Assembly (NCBI GenBank): GCA_963741955.1
Contig: CAVUKB010000005.1
Coordinates: 1,402,179 to 1,466,178 of the forward strand
DNA: 64,000 bases
Origin: an uncultured Acidobacteriota bacterium
Lineage (GTDB): Bacteria > Acidobacteriota > Thermoanaerobaculia > Gp7-AA8
Reading direction: 5' to 3'
Position numbers and translations under genes: made by a program. The notes beneath the pieces are model-generated. The model saw only the letters and a list, made by a program, of their open reading frames with translations. It made no database searches and was not told where the DNA came from. Of this stretch, positions 47,492 to 57,603 are shown piece after piece; the stretch's first letter is position 1, and the number at the start of each line of letters is the position of its first letter.

Positions 47492-49498
47492 ATGAGCCGC
47501 ACTCTGACTGCAGTCCTGACCCTCGCGCTGGCCGTGCTCCCGCTGTATGCGGAGACGGACCAGACTCCTCCTCCCGTACCCCCCGATCCTGTCTTTGCGT
47601 CGTCACCGCAGCTCGGGTTGAACGACGCCATCCTTCTCACTCTGCGCAAGGACCCGGGACTCCAGACCGCCGAGGAGAACAAGAAGTACGAGCGGGGAGT
47701 GCTGCAGGAAACCAGTGGGATCTTCGATCACGCGCTCCTCCTCGACGGCGATGCGGAATACCTCCGCGGCGAGCTGATCCCGCGAACATTCAATCAGCAG
47801 CTCGGCAGACGCGAGCTCTACAACTCGCTCGCCACGATCTTTCAACGCGTCGCCGACGATCTCCAGGCGAATCTCGACGAGAAGCCGAACGAGACGGCGA
47901 CCATCCCCTGCAAGGAGGGAGTCCTCACCGAGGGTACGCAGCTGGTGATCACCGACCCGAGTAACGGGCAGCAGATCATCGTGCAGTGCACCCCGCCGAC
48001 CGCGGACCAGACGGTCTATATCGACGAAGCGCTCGACACACTGATCGGCGCACAGAACAATCCCGGCCTCGAAGCAGAGCTCGAACGGCTGAAGAAGATG
48101 GGCGTGGAGATCTCGCGGCAGAAGATCGAGGAGATCATCGCGCTGCTCGATCAGTCGGCGTCGAGTTTCCGCGAACAGCTCCGCAGACTCGGCACCGCGC
48201 CGAACATCGAGGAGCAGATCTCTTTCCTCGCCGCGATCGGATATCGCGTCCCGATGCGCAACGGCGTGACCGTCACTCCCCGTTTCGCGGTCCAGAGCAT
48301 CGAGAAGAACTTCGTCGGCAAACCGAAGGATCCGAACTACGGTGGAGGGGGACCGACGAAGTATCAGGCCGCGGCAGGGTTCGAGCTCACCGCCCCTCTC
48401 GCCCGGGGCTACGGCATGGCGGTCGCCGACGTCTACGAACAGGCGGCGAAGATCAACTACAAGGCGAGTGTCAACGACTGGAGGCAGACTGCTTCCGCTT
48501 CGACGCTGAACTCGGTCCTCGCGTACTGGAATCTCCTCGCCGCCGAGCAGAATCTGCAGATCGCCAGCTCCACTGCGGACCGTTACCGGAACGTGCTCGA
48601 TCTCGGGCAGGCGCTCGTCGACGCATACGAATTCCCGCGGGCAGACATGAATCAGGTCCGGGCGCGGGTCGCAGGCGCAGAGTCTTCTCTCGCCGGCGCA
48701 CGTAAGGCCGTCAGCGACGCGCGGGTCGCGCTCGCCCGCACTACCGGCATGGAGATCGATACGATCGACCAGGCGCCGGTGGCGACCGGCGATTTCCCTC
48801 CCGTCCCCGATCCTGCGCTGTTTCAGAGCGTTCCGGTCCGGAGTCTGATCGACATGGCGATCGGAAATCGCGGAGACGTTCAGGCCGCCATCGACCGGAA
48901 GGAAGCAGCTGCGCTCCTTCGGGAGGCCGCGAGGAAAAACCTCAAACCGCAGACCGACCTGACGCTCTTCGTCGGCTATACCGGGAACGACGCGAACTAC
49001 GACGCGTGGCGCGGTCTCCGCCATGCGCTCTTCGGAAACTGGATCGGTCCGACCGCATATCTGACGCTCAACTTCGAGACGCCCTTCCAGAACAACGTCT
49101 GGCGCGGCCGTCTGGTTCAGGCGGTCGCGACTGAAAACCAGAGCGATGTGATCGCCACCGATACCAGGCGCGTGGTCTCCGCACGCGTGGTCGAGCTCTG
49201 GGGTGCACTGGCGAGAGCAGCCGAATCAGTGCGCACGAATCAGAGCACCGTGGAGTACTATCAGAGAACAGTAGACGGACAAATCGAGAAGCTGAAAGTC
49301 GGTGAAGGAACACTCATCGACGCCATCTTCACCGAGCAGCAGCTCACCACGGCGAAGCAGTCGCTGGTCGCTGCGAAGCTCGGCTACGCCTCTCTTCTCA
49401 TGCAGCTGCGGTACGAGACCGGGACACTCGTGACCACCGGCTCGCAGGGACAACTGATGATCGTGCCCGGAGGCATCGAGCAGCCTCCGGTGCCCTGA
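47492..49498 (+). CDS. TolC-family outer-membrane factor 2, paralog of factor 1
   Basis: Signal peptide; AILLTL..DP, ELTAPLARG, AYWNLLAA, NRGDV, LKPQTDL, EKLKVGEGT, LRYETG. Confidence 0.85.
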   Translation: MSRTLTAVLTLALAVLPLYAETDQTPPPVPPDPVFASSPQLGLNDAILLTLRKDPGLQTAEENKKYERGVLQETSGIFDHALLLDGDAEYLRGELIPRTFNQQLGRRELYNSLATIFQRVADDLQANLDEKPNETATIPCKEGVLTEGTQLVITDPSNGQQIIVQCTPPTADQTVYIDEALDTLIGAQNNPGLEAELERLKKMGVEISRQKIEEIIALLDQSASSFREQLRRLGTAPNIEEQISFLAAIGYRVPMRNGVTVTPRFAVQSIEKNFVGKPKDPNYGGGGPTKYQAAAGFELTAPLARGYGMAVADVYEQAAKINYKASVNDWRQTASASTLNSVLAYWNLLAAEQNLQIASSTADRYRNVLDLGQALVDAYEFPRADMNQVRARVAGAESSLAGARKAVSDARVALARTTGMEIDTIDQAPVATGDFPPVPDPALFQSVPVRSLIDMAIGNRGDVQAAIDRKEAAALLREAARKNLKPQTDLTLFVGYTGNDANYDAWRGLRHALFGNWIGPTAYLTLNFETPFQNNVWRGRLVQAVATENQSDVIATDTRRVVSARVVELWGALARAAESVRTNQSTVEYYQRTVDGQIEKLKVGEGTLIDAIFTEQQLTTAKQSLVAAKLGYASLLMQLRYETGTLVTTGSQGQLMIVPGGIEQPPVP

Positions 49499-49560
49499 AG
49501 AAGAAACAGAACCACGGATCGGAAACAGGCGTTCCGCTCCGCGACAAAGGAGTCAGTGCC

Positions 49561-50661
49561 ATGGCGAAGGCCGACAAGATCTTTCGAAAAGCAGCACTGG
49601 AAAAACTCTCCTCCCCCGAGCGTCTCGACGTGCTGATGGAGGTGACCTCTCCCGCCGGATGGCTTGCGCTCTCGGCACTCGGCGTGGTCATCGCCCTGGT
49701 CATCGTCTGGAGTTTCTACGGAACGATCGGGACCAAGGTCGGGGGTCAGGGAATTCTTCTCCGTGGCGGCTCGGTGCTTCAGGTCACCTCCGACACTCAG
49801 GGACGGATCACCAAGCTCTACGTCGCTCCGGGCGAGAACGTCGAGGCCGGAATGGTCGTCGCGGATATCGCTCAGGACGACTACAAGCTGAAGATCGACA
49901 ACCAGAAGGCGCTTCTGGCCGATCTGGTCCGCCAGAACGACACGCTCTCGACGACCGGTCTGGAAAGTTCGCTCGAGGAGAAGATCAAGGCCCAGACCAC
50001 ACTCGTCTCGCGAGGGCTGCTGACCAAGAGCGACCTGATGGCGACCATGGAGCAGCTGGCCAGCCTCCGGCGTCAGGCCGCGAGCCGCGCCACTCAGATC
50101 GATCAGCTCCGACGGCAGATCGGCGAGATGGAGATGCAGATGGTCAACGCCTCGCGCATCACCTCTCCTTATTCCGGTCGCGTCCTGGAAGTGGGCACCG
50201 GCGTCGGCGAGTTGATCGCTCCCGGCATGCGAGTCTTCACACTCGAGCCGCCGCGGGCGCCGATCGACGTCGTTCTCTACGTCCCGGCGGCGGAGGGGAA
50301 AAAGATCAAGCCCGGAATGGAAGCGCGCATCTCACCTTCGACGGTCAAGGCCGAAGAGTTCGGCTTCATGATCGGAAGGGTGACCGGCGTCTCCGATTTT
50401 CCGGTCACCCCGGACGGGCTGCAGAAGGTGCTCCGCAATGATTCTCTCGTCCAGCAGCTGGCCGGGCAGGGAGCTCCGATCGAGGTGAAAGTCAGGCTCA
50501 CTCCGGATAAGAACACTCCGAGCGGATTCAAGTGGTCGTCGTCACTCGGGCCGCCGGTGAAGGTGGCCACCGGAACCCTCTGTGTGGGCACGGTCGTCGT
50601 GGCCGAAAAGAAACCCATCTCTTACATCCTGCCGATCTTCAAGTCGGCAGCGGGAATGTGA
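49561..50661 (+). CDS. NHLP bacteriocin system secretion protein (HlyD-like adaptor)
   Basis: IFRKAALEKLSSPERLD, TM helix, coiled coil, PSTVKAEEFG, SGFKWSSS.GPP. Confidence 0.92.
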   Translation: MAKADKIFRKAALEKLSSPERLDVLMEVTSPAGWLALSALGVVIALVIVWSFYGTIGTKVGGQGILLRGGSVLQVTSDTQGRITKLYVAPGENVEAGMVVADIAQDDYKLKIDNQKALLADLVRQNDTLSTTGLESSLEEKIKAQTTLVSRGLLTKSDLMATMEQLASLRRQAASRATQIDQLRRQIGEMEMQMVNASRITSPYSGRVLEVGTGVGELIAPGMRVFTLEPPRAPIDVVLYVPAAEGKKIKPGMEARISPSTVKAEEFGFMIGRVTGVSDFPVTPDGLQKVLRNDSLVQQLAGQGAPIEVKVRLTPDKNTPSGFKWSSSLGPPVKVATGTLCVGTVVVAEKKPISYILPIFKSAAGM

Positions 50662-50676
50662 CCGGGAAGGTGAACC

Positions 50677-52869
50677 GTGGCTGAAGAAGAGAAAAAGGAG
50701 CTCAAAGCGAAGCGCCCGAAGCATCGCCGGGTCAAGACTCCGACGGTGATCCAGATGGAAGCGGTCGAATGCGGAGCTGCGGCGCTCTCCATCGTGCTGG
50801 GGTACTTCGGACGGAACGTTCCACTCGAAGAGCTTCGCATCGAGGCCGGCGTCTCACGCGACGGCTCCAAAGCGAGCAATGTGCTCAAGGCCGCCCGTAA
50901 GTACGGGCTGAACGCAAAAGGAGTGAAGTACGACGTCGAGAATCTGTTCGACGTGAAGTATCCGGCGATTCTTTTCTGGAACTTCAACCACTTTCTGGTG
51001 CTGGAGGGATTCAAGGGGGGGAAGGCCTGCCTGAACGATCCGGCCATGGGTCCGCGTATGGTGACCATGGAGGAGCTCGACGAGTCCTTCTCCGGCGTCG
51101 CTCTCACCTTCGAAGCGGGAGAGAATTTTCAGAAGGGGGGACAGAAGGAGAGCATGAGTGCGGCGCTCTACAAGCGCCTCAAGGGCAACGAGCGCGCGCT
51201 CCTGTACATCGTCCTCTGCGGTCTTTTTCTGGTCGTCCCCGGACTGGTGGTTCCGACCTTCGCCAGGGTCTTCGTCGACGAGTACCTCGTCGGGGCGCGC
51301 GAATACATCATCCGGCCGTTGCTGCTGGCCATGGGCCTGACTGCGGTGGTGATGATCGCCCTCACCTATCTCCAGGAGTACTTCCTCCTGAGGATGGAGA
51401 CGAAGCTCTCGCTCACCACGTCGACGGAGTTCTTCAACCACATCCTCAGGTTGCCGGTGTCGTACTTCTCGCAGCGGTTCGCGGGAGAGATCGGCTCGCG
51501 CGTTCTGATCAACGACAAGGTCGCGGCGCTGATCTCCGGCCGCCTCGCCACTACTCTTCTGAACACGGTGCTGATCGTCTTCTACGCGATCCTGATGTTC
51601 CTCTACGACGTGAAGCTCACCCTGGTGGTGATCTTCCTGTCGACCGCGAACATCCTCGCGGTGAAGCTCGCCGCGAAGAGACGCACCGACGCCAGCCGCA
51701 AACTGATGCAGGACCAGGGAAAGCTGATCGGAACCTCGATGGGCGGCCTGCAGATGATCGAGACCCTGAAAGCCACCGGATCCGAGCCGGAGTTCTTCGC
51801 ACGCTGGTCCGGCTATCAGGCCAAGGCGATGAGCGCGGAACAGGAGCTGGCCAAGCTGACCGAATACATGGGATCCGTTCCGGTGCTGGTGAACACCATG
51901 ATCACCGGCGCAATCCTGATGATGGGCGGGTTGAAAGTCATTCATGGCGAGATGACAGTCGGTATGCTCGTCGCGTATCAGACTCTCGCCGCGTTCTTCG
52001 TCCGCCCCTTGAACACCCTGGTCCGGTTCGGCGCCGATCTGCAGGAGCTGCAGGCCGACATGAACCGCCTCGACGACGTCCTCAGCTACCCGCAGGACAA
52101 CATGTACGCCCGTGAGGTGGAAGACGAGAGCCAGAGAAAGATGCTCAAGCTCTCCGGCGAGATCGAGCTCCGGAACGTGACGTTCGGATACAACCCTCTC
52201 GAGAAACCGCTGATCGAGAACTTCAACCTGAAGATCAAGCCGGGGCAGCGCGTCGCGTTCGTCGGCGGATCCGGAAGCGGGAAGTCGACCATCTCGAAAC
52301 TGATCGCCGGACTGTACGAGCCGTGGTCCGGCGACATCCTGTTCGACGGCATTCCGCGGACTCAGCTCGCGCCGAAGCTCATCGCGAACTCCCTCGGCGC
52401 GGTCGATCAGGACATCTTCCTCTTCAGCGGATCGATCCGCGACAACATCTCCATGTGGGATTCGACCATCCCCGACGTGAACGTCACCACCGCTGCCAAG
52501 GACGCCGCGATCGCCGAAGTCATCGAGACCCGTGACGGCGCATACCAGTCGCTGATCGACGAAGGCGGCAACAACTTCAGCGGCGGACAGCGGCAGCGCA
52601 TGGAGATCGCGCGAGCCCTGGTCGGCAACCCGACCATCCTCATCCTCGACGAGGCGACCAGCGCGCTCGATCCGAACACCGAAGTCTCCATCGACGATCA
52701 CCTCCGCCGGAGAGGCTGTACCTGCATCATCGTCGCGCACCGGCTCAGCACCATCCGCGACGCGGACGAGCTCGTGGTGCTCCATCGCGGAAAGATGGTC
52801 CAGCGCGGAACGCACGACGAGCTCAAACAGGATGAACAGGGACCTTACGCACGTCTGATCAAGGAGTGA
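50677..52869 (+). CDS. NHLP export ABC transporter with C39 peptidase, permease and ATPase domains
   Basis: KTPTVIQMEAVECGAA (catalytic Cys), WNFNHFLV, NDPA; GGSGSGKST, SGGQRQR, DEATSALD. Confidence 0.95.
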   Translation: MAEEEKKELKAKRPKHRRVKTPTVIQMEAVECGAAALSIVLGYFGRNVPLEELRIEAGVSRDGSKASNVLKAARKYGLNAKGVKYDVENLFDVKYPAILFWNFNHFLVLEGFKGGKACLNDPAMGPRMVTMEELDESFSGVALTFEAGENFQKGGQKESMSAALYKRLKGNERALLYIVLCGLFLVVPGLVVPTFARVFVDEYLVGAREYIIRPLLLAMGLTAVVMIALTYLQEYFLLRMETKLSLTTSTEFFNHILRLPVSYFSQRFAGEIGSRVLINDKVAALISGRLATTLLNTVLIVFYAILMFLYDVKLTLVVIFLSTANILAVKLAAKRRTDASRKLMQDQGKLIGTSMGGLQMIETLKATGSEPEFFARWSGYQAKAMSAEQELAKLTEYMGSVPVLVNTMITGAILMMGGLKVIHGEMTVGMLVAYQTLAAFFVRPLNTLVRFGADLQELQADMNRLDDVLSYPQDNMYAREVEDESQRKMLKLSGEIELRNVTFGYNPLEKPLIENFNLKIKPGQRVAFVGGSGSGKSTISKLIAGLYEPWSGDILFDGIPRTQLAPKLIANSLGAVDQDIFLFSGSIRDNISMWDSTIPDVNVTTAAKDAAIAEVIETRDGAYQSLIDEGGNNFSGGQRQRMEIARALVGNPTILILDEATSALDPNTEVSIDDHLRRRGCTCIIVAHRLSTIRDADELVVLHRGKMVQRGTHDELKQDEQGPYARLIKE

Positions 52870-52873
52870 TGCC

Positions 52874-55840
52874 ATGTCCAGCGCCGCGAGCATCGGCACC
52901 GAAATCAAACCGCTCGTTCTTCGTCTGATGGACGAAGGAGAGCTCGTCCTCCCCAGCGGGAAGGAGCCGTTCCTCCTCGACGACAAGGAGCACGCCTGGT
53001 TCGTCGAGGACGGAAAAGTCGAAGTCTTCACCGTCAGCGTCCATGACGGGGAGCCCACCGGCGCACGCTCCCACTTCGTCAGCGTCGATGCCGGCGAGAT
53101 GATGTTCGGAATGGACCTCGCCCGCTACGGGATGGGGTCCGGCTTTCTCGCCGTCGGTCGCATCGGCACGCGTCTGCGGAAGATCAGCCTGGTTCGTCTC
53201 CAGCAGCTCGCGAAGAGCGACGAATACGTCCCCGAGCTCTCGGCTCTTCTCGATCTGTGGGTGATCAATCTCTCCCGAAGCCTCACCCGAGACATCATTC
53301 CCGGCCCGCTGGTCGACGTGAATCTCAGCGAAGGACAGCGGGTCTCTCTCGAGAACACCCAGAAGGGGCGTTCGAACAAGGGGGCGGTCTGGCTGAAGGT
53401 CACCGAAGGCGACCTTCTCTTCATCGGGATGGAAGCGCTGATCTTCAGCGGAGCCAACGTCCTGTTTCCACTGACCGTCGACACCTGGGTCGAGGCATCG
53501 AATGCATCCGAGACCTCCACCAGCATCGAAGCCCTCCCTCTCGAGAACGTGGTCGCCGACCCCTCCGTCTGGTGGGGCCTCGATCTGTTCCACGAAGCGC
53601 TCTGCCAGTGCGAGTTCATCAACAAGAAGCTCGCCACCGTCGATGAGTTCAACCGCCTCAAGTCGAAAGCCGAGTACTCCGACGAGGCCCGGCGTGCCGC
53701 GTACGCGGATCTCGCTTCCGTCCTCTCCAGAAAGAAAGAGGAAGAGAAGGAGGTCGCCGGCGCCGACGTCCAGGACGCGATCTTCCAAGCGATCCGGAAA
53801 GTCGGCGATCACCTGGGCATCAACATCAAGCGCCATCCCGCCCCGCGCGAGAAGGCGAACCTCGAGGAACGGGTGGCGGAGATCGCGAAGGCGTCACGCT
53901 TCCGCTCCCGCCCCGTCGCGCTCCGCGACGACTGGTACAACCGCGACATGGGTCCGCTCTTCTGCTTCTGGCAGGAGTCGAAGAACCCGGTCGCTCTGAT
54001 TCCGAACGGACCTCGTTCCTACACGTTGTTCGACACGACCGAAGGGACGAAGATGGCGGTGAACGACGCCGTCGCGGCGAAGCTCAGCCCGTTCGGGCTC
54101 ACGTTCTACCGCCCCTATCCGGACGGGCCGATGAACGTCTGGGATCTGATCAAGTTCGGCGCCTACGGAGTGAAGAGCGACCTCTGGATGCTCCTGGCGA
54201 TGGGCGTCACGCTCGGCATGCTGGGCATGCTCGCACCGTATGCGACCGGCCAGATCTTCGACAGCGCCATTCCCCAGGCCGACCGGACCCTGCTCACCCA
54301 GTTCGTTCTCGCACTCTTCGTCGCCGCCCTCGCTCAGTCCGCGTTCAAGATCGTGCAGAGTATCTCCGTGATCCGGCTCCAGGGAAAGATGGACTACTCC
54401 ATCCAGGCCGCGCTGTGGGACCGGCTCCTCAACCTCCCTGCGACGTTCTTCCGGAAATACGAATCCGGCGACCTCGCCGACCGCGCTGCGGGCGTCAACA
54501 CCATCCGCGATCTTCTCGCCGGCGCTGGCGTCGCGGCGATCCTCGGCGCCGTCTCGTCGGTCTTCTACATCTTCCTGATGTTCAAATACAGCGTCCAGAT
54601 GGCGCTGCTCGCCATGGGCCTGACCTTCGTCTTCGTCAGCGCGACCACCACCATGAACTACATGCAGCTCCGCTATCAGCGGGACGCCATGAAGCTCAAC
54701 GGGAAGATCACCGGCATGGTGCTCCAGCTCATCAGCGGTGTCGCCAAGCTCCGGGTCAGCGGTGCCGAGAACCACGCGTTCCGCGTCTGGGCTCGTGATT
54801 TCGCGTCTCAGCGGAAAATCAACTTCTCGATGTCGAGCATCCAGAACTGGGGCTCTGTCTTCAACTCTTCGTTCCCCATCCTTTCCAACATGGCCATCTT
54901 CTTCACCCTGGTCGCTCTCCAGTCCAGCAAGAAGGTGAGCATGACGACCGGTGATTTCATCGCGTTCACCGCGGCGTACGGGCTGTTCCTCGCCGCGATG
55001 CAGGCGCTCGCCGGCGCCTCGATGCATCTGCTCGGCATCGTGCCGGTCTACGAGCGCTTCAGGCCGATCCTGACCGAAGTACCCGAGACGGACGAGAGCA
55101 AGGCCTATCCCGGAAAACTCTCCGGCGAGATCGAGCTCTCGCACATCCACTTCAAGTACGCCGAGGATTCGCCGTGGATCCTCAAAGACGTGTCGCTGAA
55201 GATCAATCCGGGTGAGTTCGTCGCATTCGTCGGCGGCTCGGGATCCGGCAAGTCGACCATGATGCGGCTGATGCTCGGATTCGAGACCCCGCAGAAAGGT
55301 ACCGTCTACTACGACGGTCAGGACCTCAACACCCTCGACCTCCGTGAGGTGCGGCAGCAGCTCGGAGTGGTCCTGCAGACCAGTCGCGTTCTGCCGACCG
55401 ACATCTTCCGCAACATCATCGGCACGAGCTCACTCACCATCGAAGATGCGTGGGCTGCTGCGGAAGCCGCAGGCCTTGCCGACGACATCAAAGAGATGCC
55501 GATGGGAATGCACACTTACGTGGCGGAGGGAGGCGGCGGGTTCTCGGGTGGACAGAAGCAGCGGCTGCTCATCGCACGATCGATCGTCCATCGTCCGAGA
55601 ATTCTCTTCCTCGACGAGGCGACCAGCGCGCTCGACAACCGCACTCAGGCCATCGTGACCCAGAGCATGAACAAACTTCAGGCCACGCGCATCGTCATCG
55701 CGCACAGGCTCAGCACCATCGTCGACGCCGATCGGATCTGCGTACTCGACCAGGGAGTGCTGAAGGAAACCGGAAGCTACGACGAGCTGATGCGACTCGA
55801 CGGACTCTTCGCCCAGCTCGCAAAACGCCAGATTGCCTGA
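52874..55840 (+). CDS. NHLP export ABC transporter permease/ATPase partner with cNMP-like N-terminus
   Basis: W.V..G.VEVF..GAR...GE..FG N-terminal region; degenerate peptidase-like RSRPVALRDDW..D.GPL; TMD; GGSGSGKST, SGGQKQR. Confidence 0.92.
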   Translation: MSSAASIGTEIKPLVLRLMDEGELVLPSGKEPFLLDDKEHAWFVEDGKVEVFTVSVHDGEPTGARSHFVSVDAGEMMFGMDLARYGMGSGFLAVGRIGTRLRKISLVRLQQLAKSDEYVPELSALLDLWVINLSRSLTRDIIPGPLVDVNLSEGQRVSLENTQKGRSNKGAVWLKVTEGDLLFIGMEALIFSGANVLFPLTVDTWVEASNASETSTSIEALPLENVVADPSVWWGLDLFHEALCQCEFINKKLATVDEFNRLKSKAEYSDEARRAAYADLASVLSRKKEEEKEVAGADVQDAIFQAIRKVGDHLGINIKRHPAPREKANLEERVAEIAKASRFRSRPVALRDDWYNRDMGPLFCFWQESKNPVALIPNGPRSYTLFDTTEGTKMAVNDAVAAKLSPFGLTFYRPYPDGPMNVWDLIKFGAYGVKSDLWMLLAMGVTLGMLGMLAPYATGQIFDSAIPQADRTLLTQFVLALFVAALAQSAFKIVQSISVIRLQGKMDYSIQAALWDRLLNLPATFFRKYESGDLADRAAGVNTIRDLLAGAGVAAILGAVSSVFYIFLMFKYSVQMALLAMGLTFVFVSATTTMNYMQLRYQRDAMKLNGKITGMVLQLISGVAKLRVSGAENHAFRVWARDFASQRKINFSMSSIQNWGSVFNSSFPILSNMAIFFTLVALQSSKKVSMTTGDFIAFTAAYGLFLAAMQALAGASMHLLGIVPVYERFRPILTEVPETDESKAYPGKLSGEIELSHIHFKYAEDSPWILKDVSLKINPGEFVAFVGGSGSGKSTMMRLMLGFETPQKGTVYYDGQDLNTLDLREVRQQLGVVLQTSRVLPTDIFRNIIGTSSLTIEDAWAAAEAAGLADDIKEMPMGMHTYVAEGGGGFSGGQKQRLLIARSIVHRPRILFLDEATSALDNRTQAIVTQSMNKLQATRIVIAHRLSTIVDADRICVLDQGVLKETGSYDELMRLDGLFAQLAKRQIA

Positions 55841-55878
55841 GCGCGTAAACGCTCGCGATCGCCCGCAGGAGATCCGCA

Positions 55879-57471
55879 ATGACCGACCAGGAGATTTCGA
55901 GTCGCCGGGCGGCGATCCTCGAACGGCACGGCGCCGCCGGCTCCGTGCTGGAGGAGCTGCTCGCGTACAACGCGAACGTCTTTCAGCCTTCCCAGTTCAA
56001 CTCTCTTCCGCAACTGCCGGTCGCGGACGAGATGCACGTCGAGAGCTGGCTCGGATACTCGCAGGATGCCGAGAAACTCGGGACGATCCCCGCGTTGAGC
56101 AAACGCCTGGTGCAGCTCCTCTTCCCCATTCAGGAGGGAATCAGCCAGACCGACGATTACCGTGCCGCGACCCGGCGCGGCGTTTTCCCTCTTCCCGGAG
56201 AAGCGCCCCGGCTCTCGCTGAAGGATCCGGACGGCGTGCAGCTGGTGATTCATCCCACCATGGCCGGAAGAGTTCCGATGCTGATCGCGCGGGAACGGGA
56301 CGACTTCGAGAGCCTGGTCCGCGTCTTCTCCGAACGGAACGAGCCCGCCGCAGTCCCCCCTTCGATGGGTGCGTGCATCGTCACGGGGCTGAACAACTGG
56401 GACCGGATCCACACCTACCGGCGAAGCTGGGTGCGCGCGAATCCCACCGCTGAAGAATCCGACTGGTCGAAGGAGTTCCAGAAACTGGTTCCATTGAAGC
56501 ACCTCTACCAGGACCGTTTCATCATTCTCAGCTCCGGACCCTACAGCGGAGTCTCCGCCGGAATGGCCGGAATCCCGGAGACGGAGTGGCTGGAGATGTC
56601 GATGCGGATCCGCCGCGAGCACGAAGCGACACACTACTTCACGTGGCGCCTCCTCGGCTCGATGCGCAACAACCTCATCGACGAGATCATCGCCGACTAC
56701 GCCGGGCTGGTCAGCGTCTTCGGTCGTTTCCGCGCCGACCTCGCGCTCCTCTTCTTCGGCCTGGAGAATTATCCCGATTACCGCACCGGGGGCCGGCTCG
56801 AGAACTACCGCGGCAACCCTCCCCTCTCGCAGGATGCCTTGCGGCTGGTGATGGGGCTGACCGTAGAAGCGATCCGCAACCTCGAGAAGTTCAACCTCTC
56901 GCTGCCGGAAGAGGAGCGCCGCGATCCGATGCACCTGGCGCAGACCGTGGTCGCGCTCGCCGCCATGACTCTCGAGGAGCTCACCGCCGACGACATCGCA
57001 GAGAATCTCCACGCCATGCTCGGACGCCAGAACGAGTCACGGCTCCGCCGTGAGAGCGTCCACGAAGAGTCGATCCAGGTCGAGAACAGCAGTGACGGCC
57101 TCGCGGAGCTGATGGAGCGGTTCGAGACGTTCGCTCTCGATCACGAGATCCCGGTGAAGGTCCTCTCCTCCCTGAACCTCGCTCTCGACGAGCTGGTGTC
57201 GAACATCATCAAGTACGGCTACGACGACGAGGAGCGGCACACCATCACCCTCGAGGTGCGCCTCACCGGTGGACGGCTCGATCTCGAGATCGTCGACGAC
57301 GGACACGAGTTCAATGTCCTCGAACAGGAGGACCCCGACGTCTCGCTCGGAATCGAAGAGCGTAAGATTGGAGGGCTCGGGATCTTCATCGTCAAGCAGT
57401 TGATGGACGAGATGCATTACGAGCGACGCAACGATCAGAACCATCTGTTCATGAGCAAGAATCTGGACTGA
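55879..57471 (+). CDS. Fusion of an uncharacterised HExxH domain (DUF7005-like) and an RsbW-type anti-sigma kinase
   Basis: N-terminal ~390 aa with DRFIILSSGPYS, RREHEATHYF, DEIIADY. C-terminal LALDELVSNIIKYGY, IVDDG..F, GGLGIFIVKQLMD. Confidence 0.85.
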   Translation: MTDQEISSRRAAILERHGAAGSVLEELLAYNANVFQPSQFNSLPQLPVADEMHVESWLGYSQDAEKLGTIPALSKRLVQLLFPIQEGISQTDDYRAATRRGVFPLPGEAPRLSLKDPDGVQLVIHPTMAGRVPMLIARERDDFESLVRVFSERNEPAAVPPSMGACIVTGLNNWDRIHTYRRSWVRANPTAEESDWSKEFQKLVPLKHLYQDRFIILSSGPYSGVSAGMAGIPETEWLEMSMRIRREHEATHYFTWRLLGSMRNNLIDEIIADYAGLVSVFGRFRADLALLFFGLENYPDYRTGGRLENYRGNPPLSQDALRLVMGLTVEAIRNLEKFNLSLPEEERRDPMHLAQTVVALAAMTLEELTADDIAENLHAMLGRQNESRLRRESVHEESIQVENSSDGLAELMERFETFALDHEIPVKVLSSLNLALDELVSNIIKYGYDDEERHTITLEVRLTGGRLDLEIVDDGHEFNVLEQEDPDVSLGIEERKIGGLGIFIVKQLMDEMHYERRNDQNHLFMSKNLD

Positions 57472-57603
57472 TCTCGAATTCCGGATCTGGAGGACGAAAC
57501 TCGGCTTCGCGTTGCACCGTCGGATCAGAGAGTGCACCACATGACCGTCAGCCTTCAGATTCGAAATTCGAATTTCGAGACTCGAGATCTCAGATAAACG
57601 ACC

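Noticed and set aside
50854-53058. Long antisense ORFs opposite the ABC transporters and other genes (e.g. 27179-28864, 47603-49024, 58087-59511)
   Set aside because: They are typical stop-poor reverse frames of high-GC genes with no recognisable motifs.
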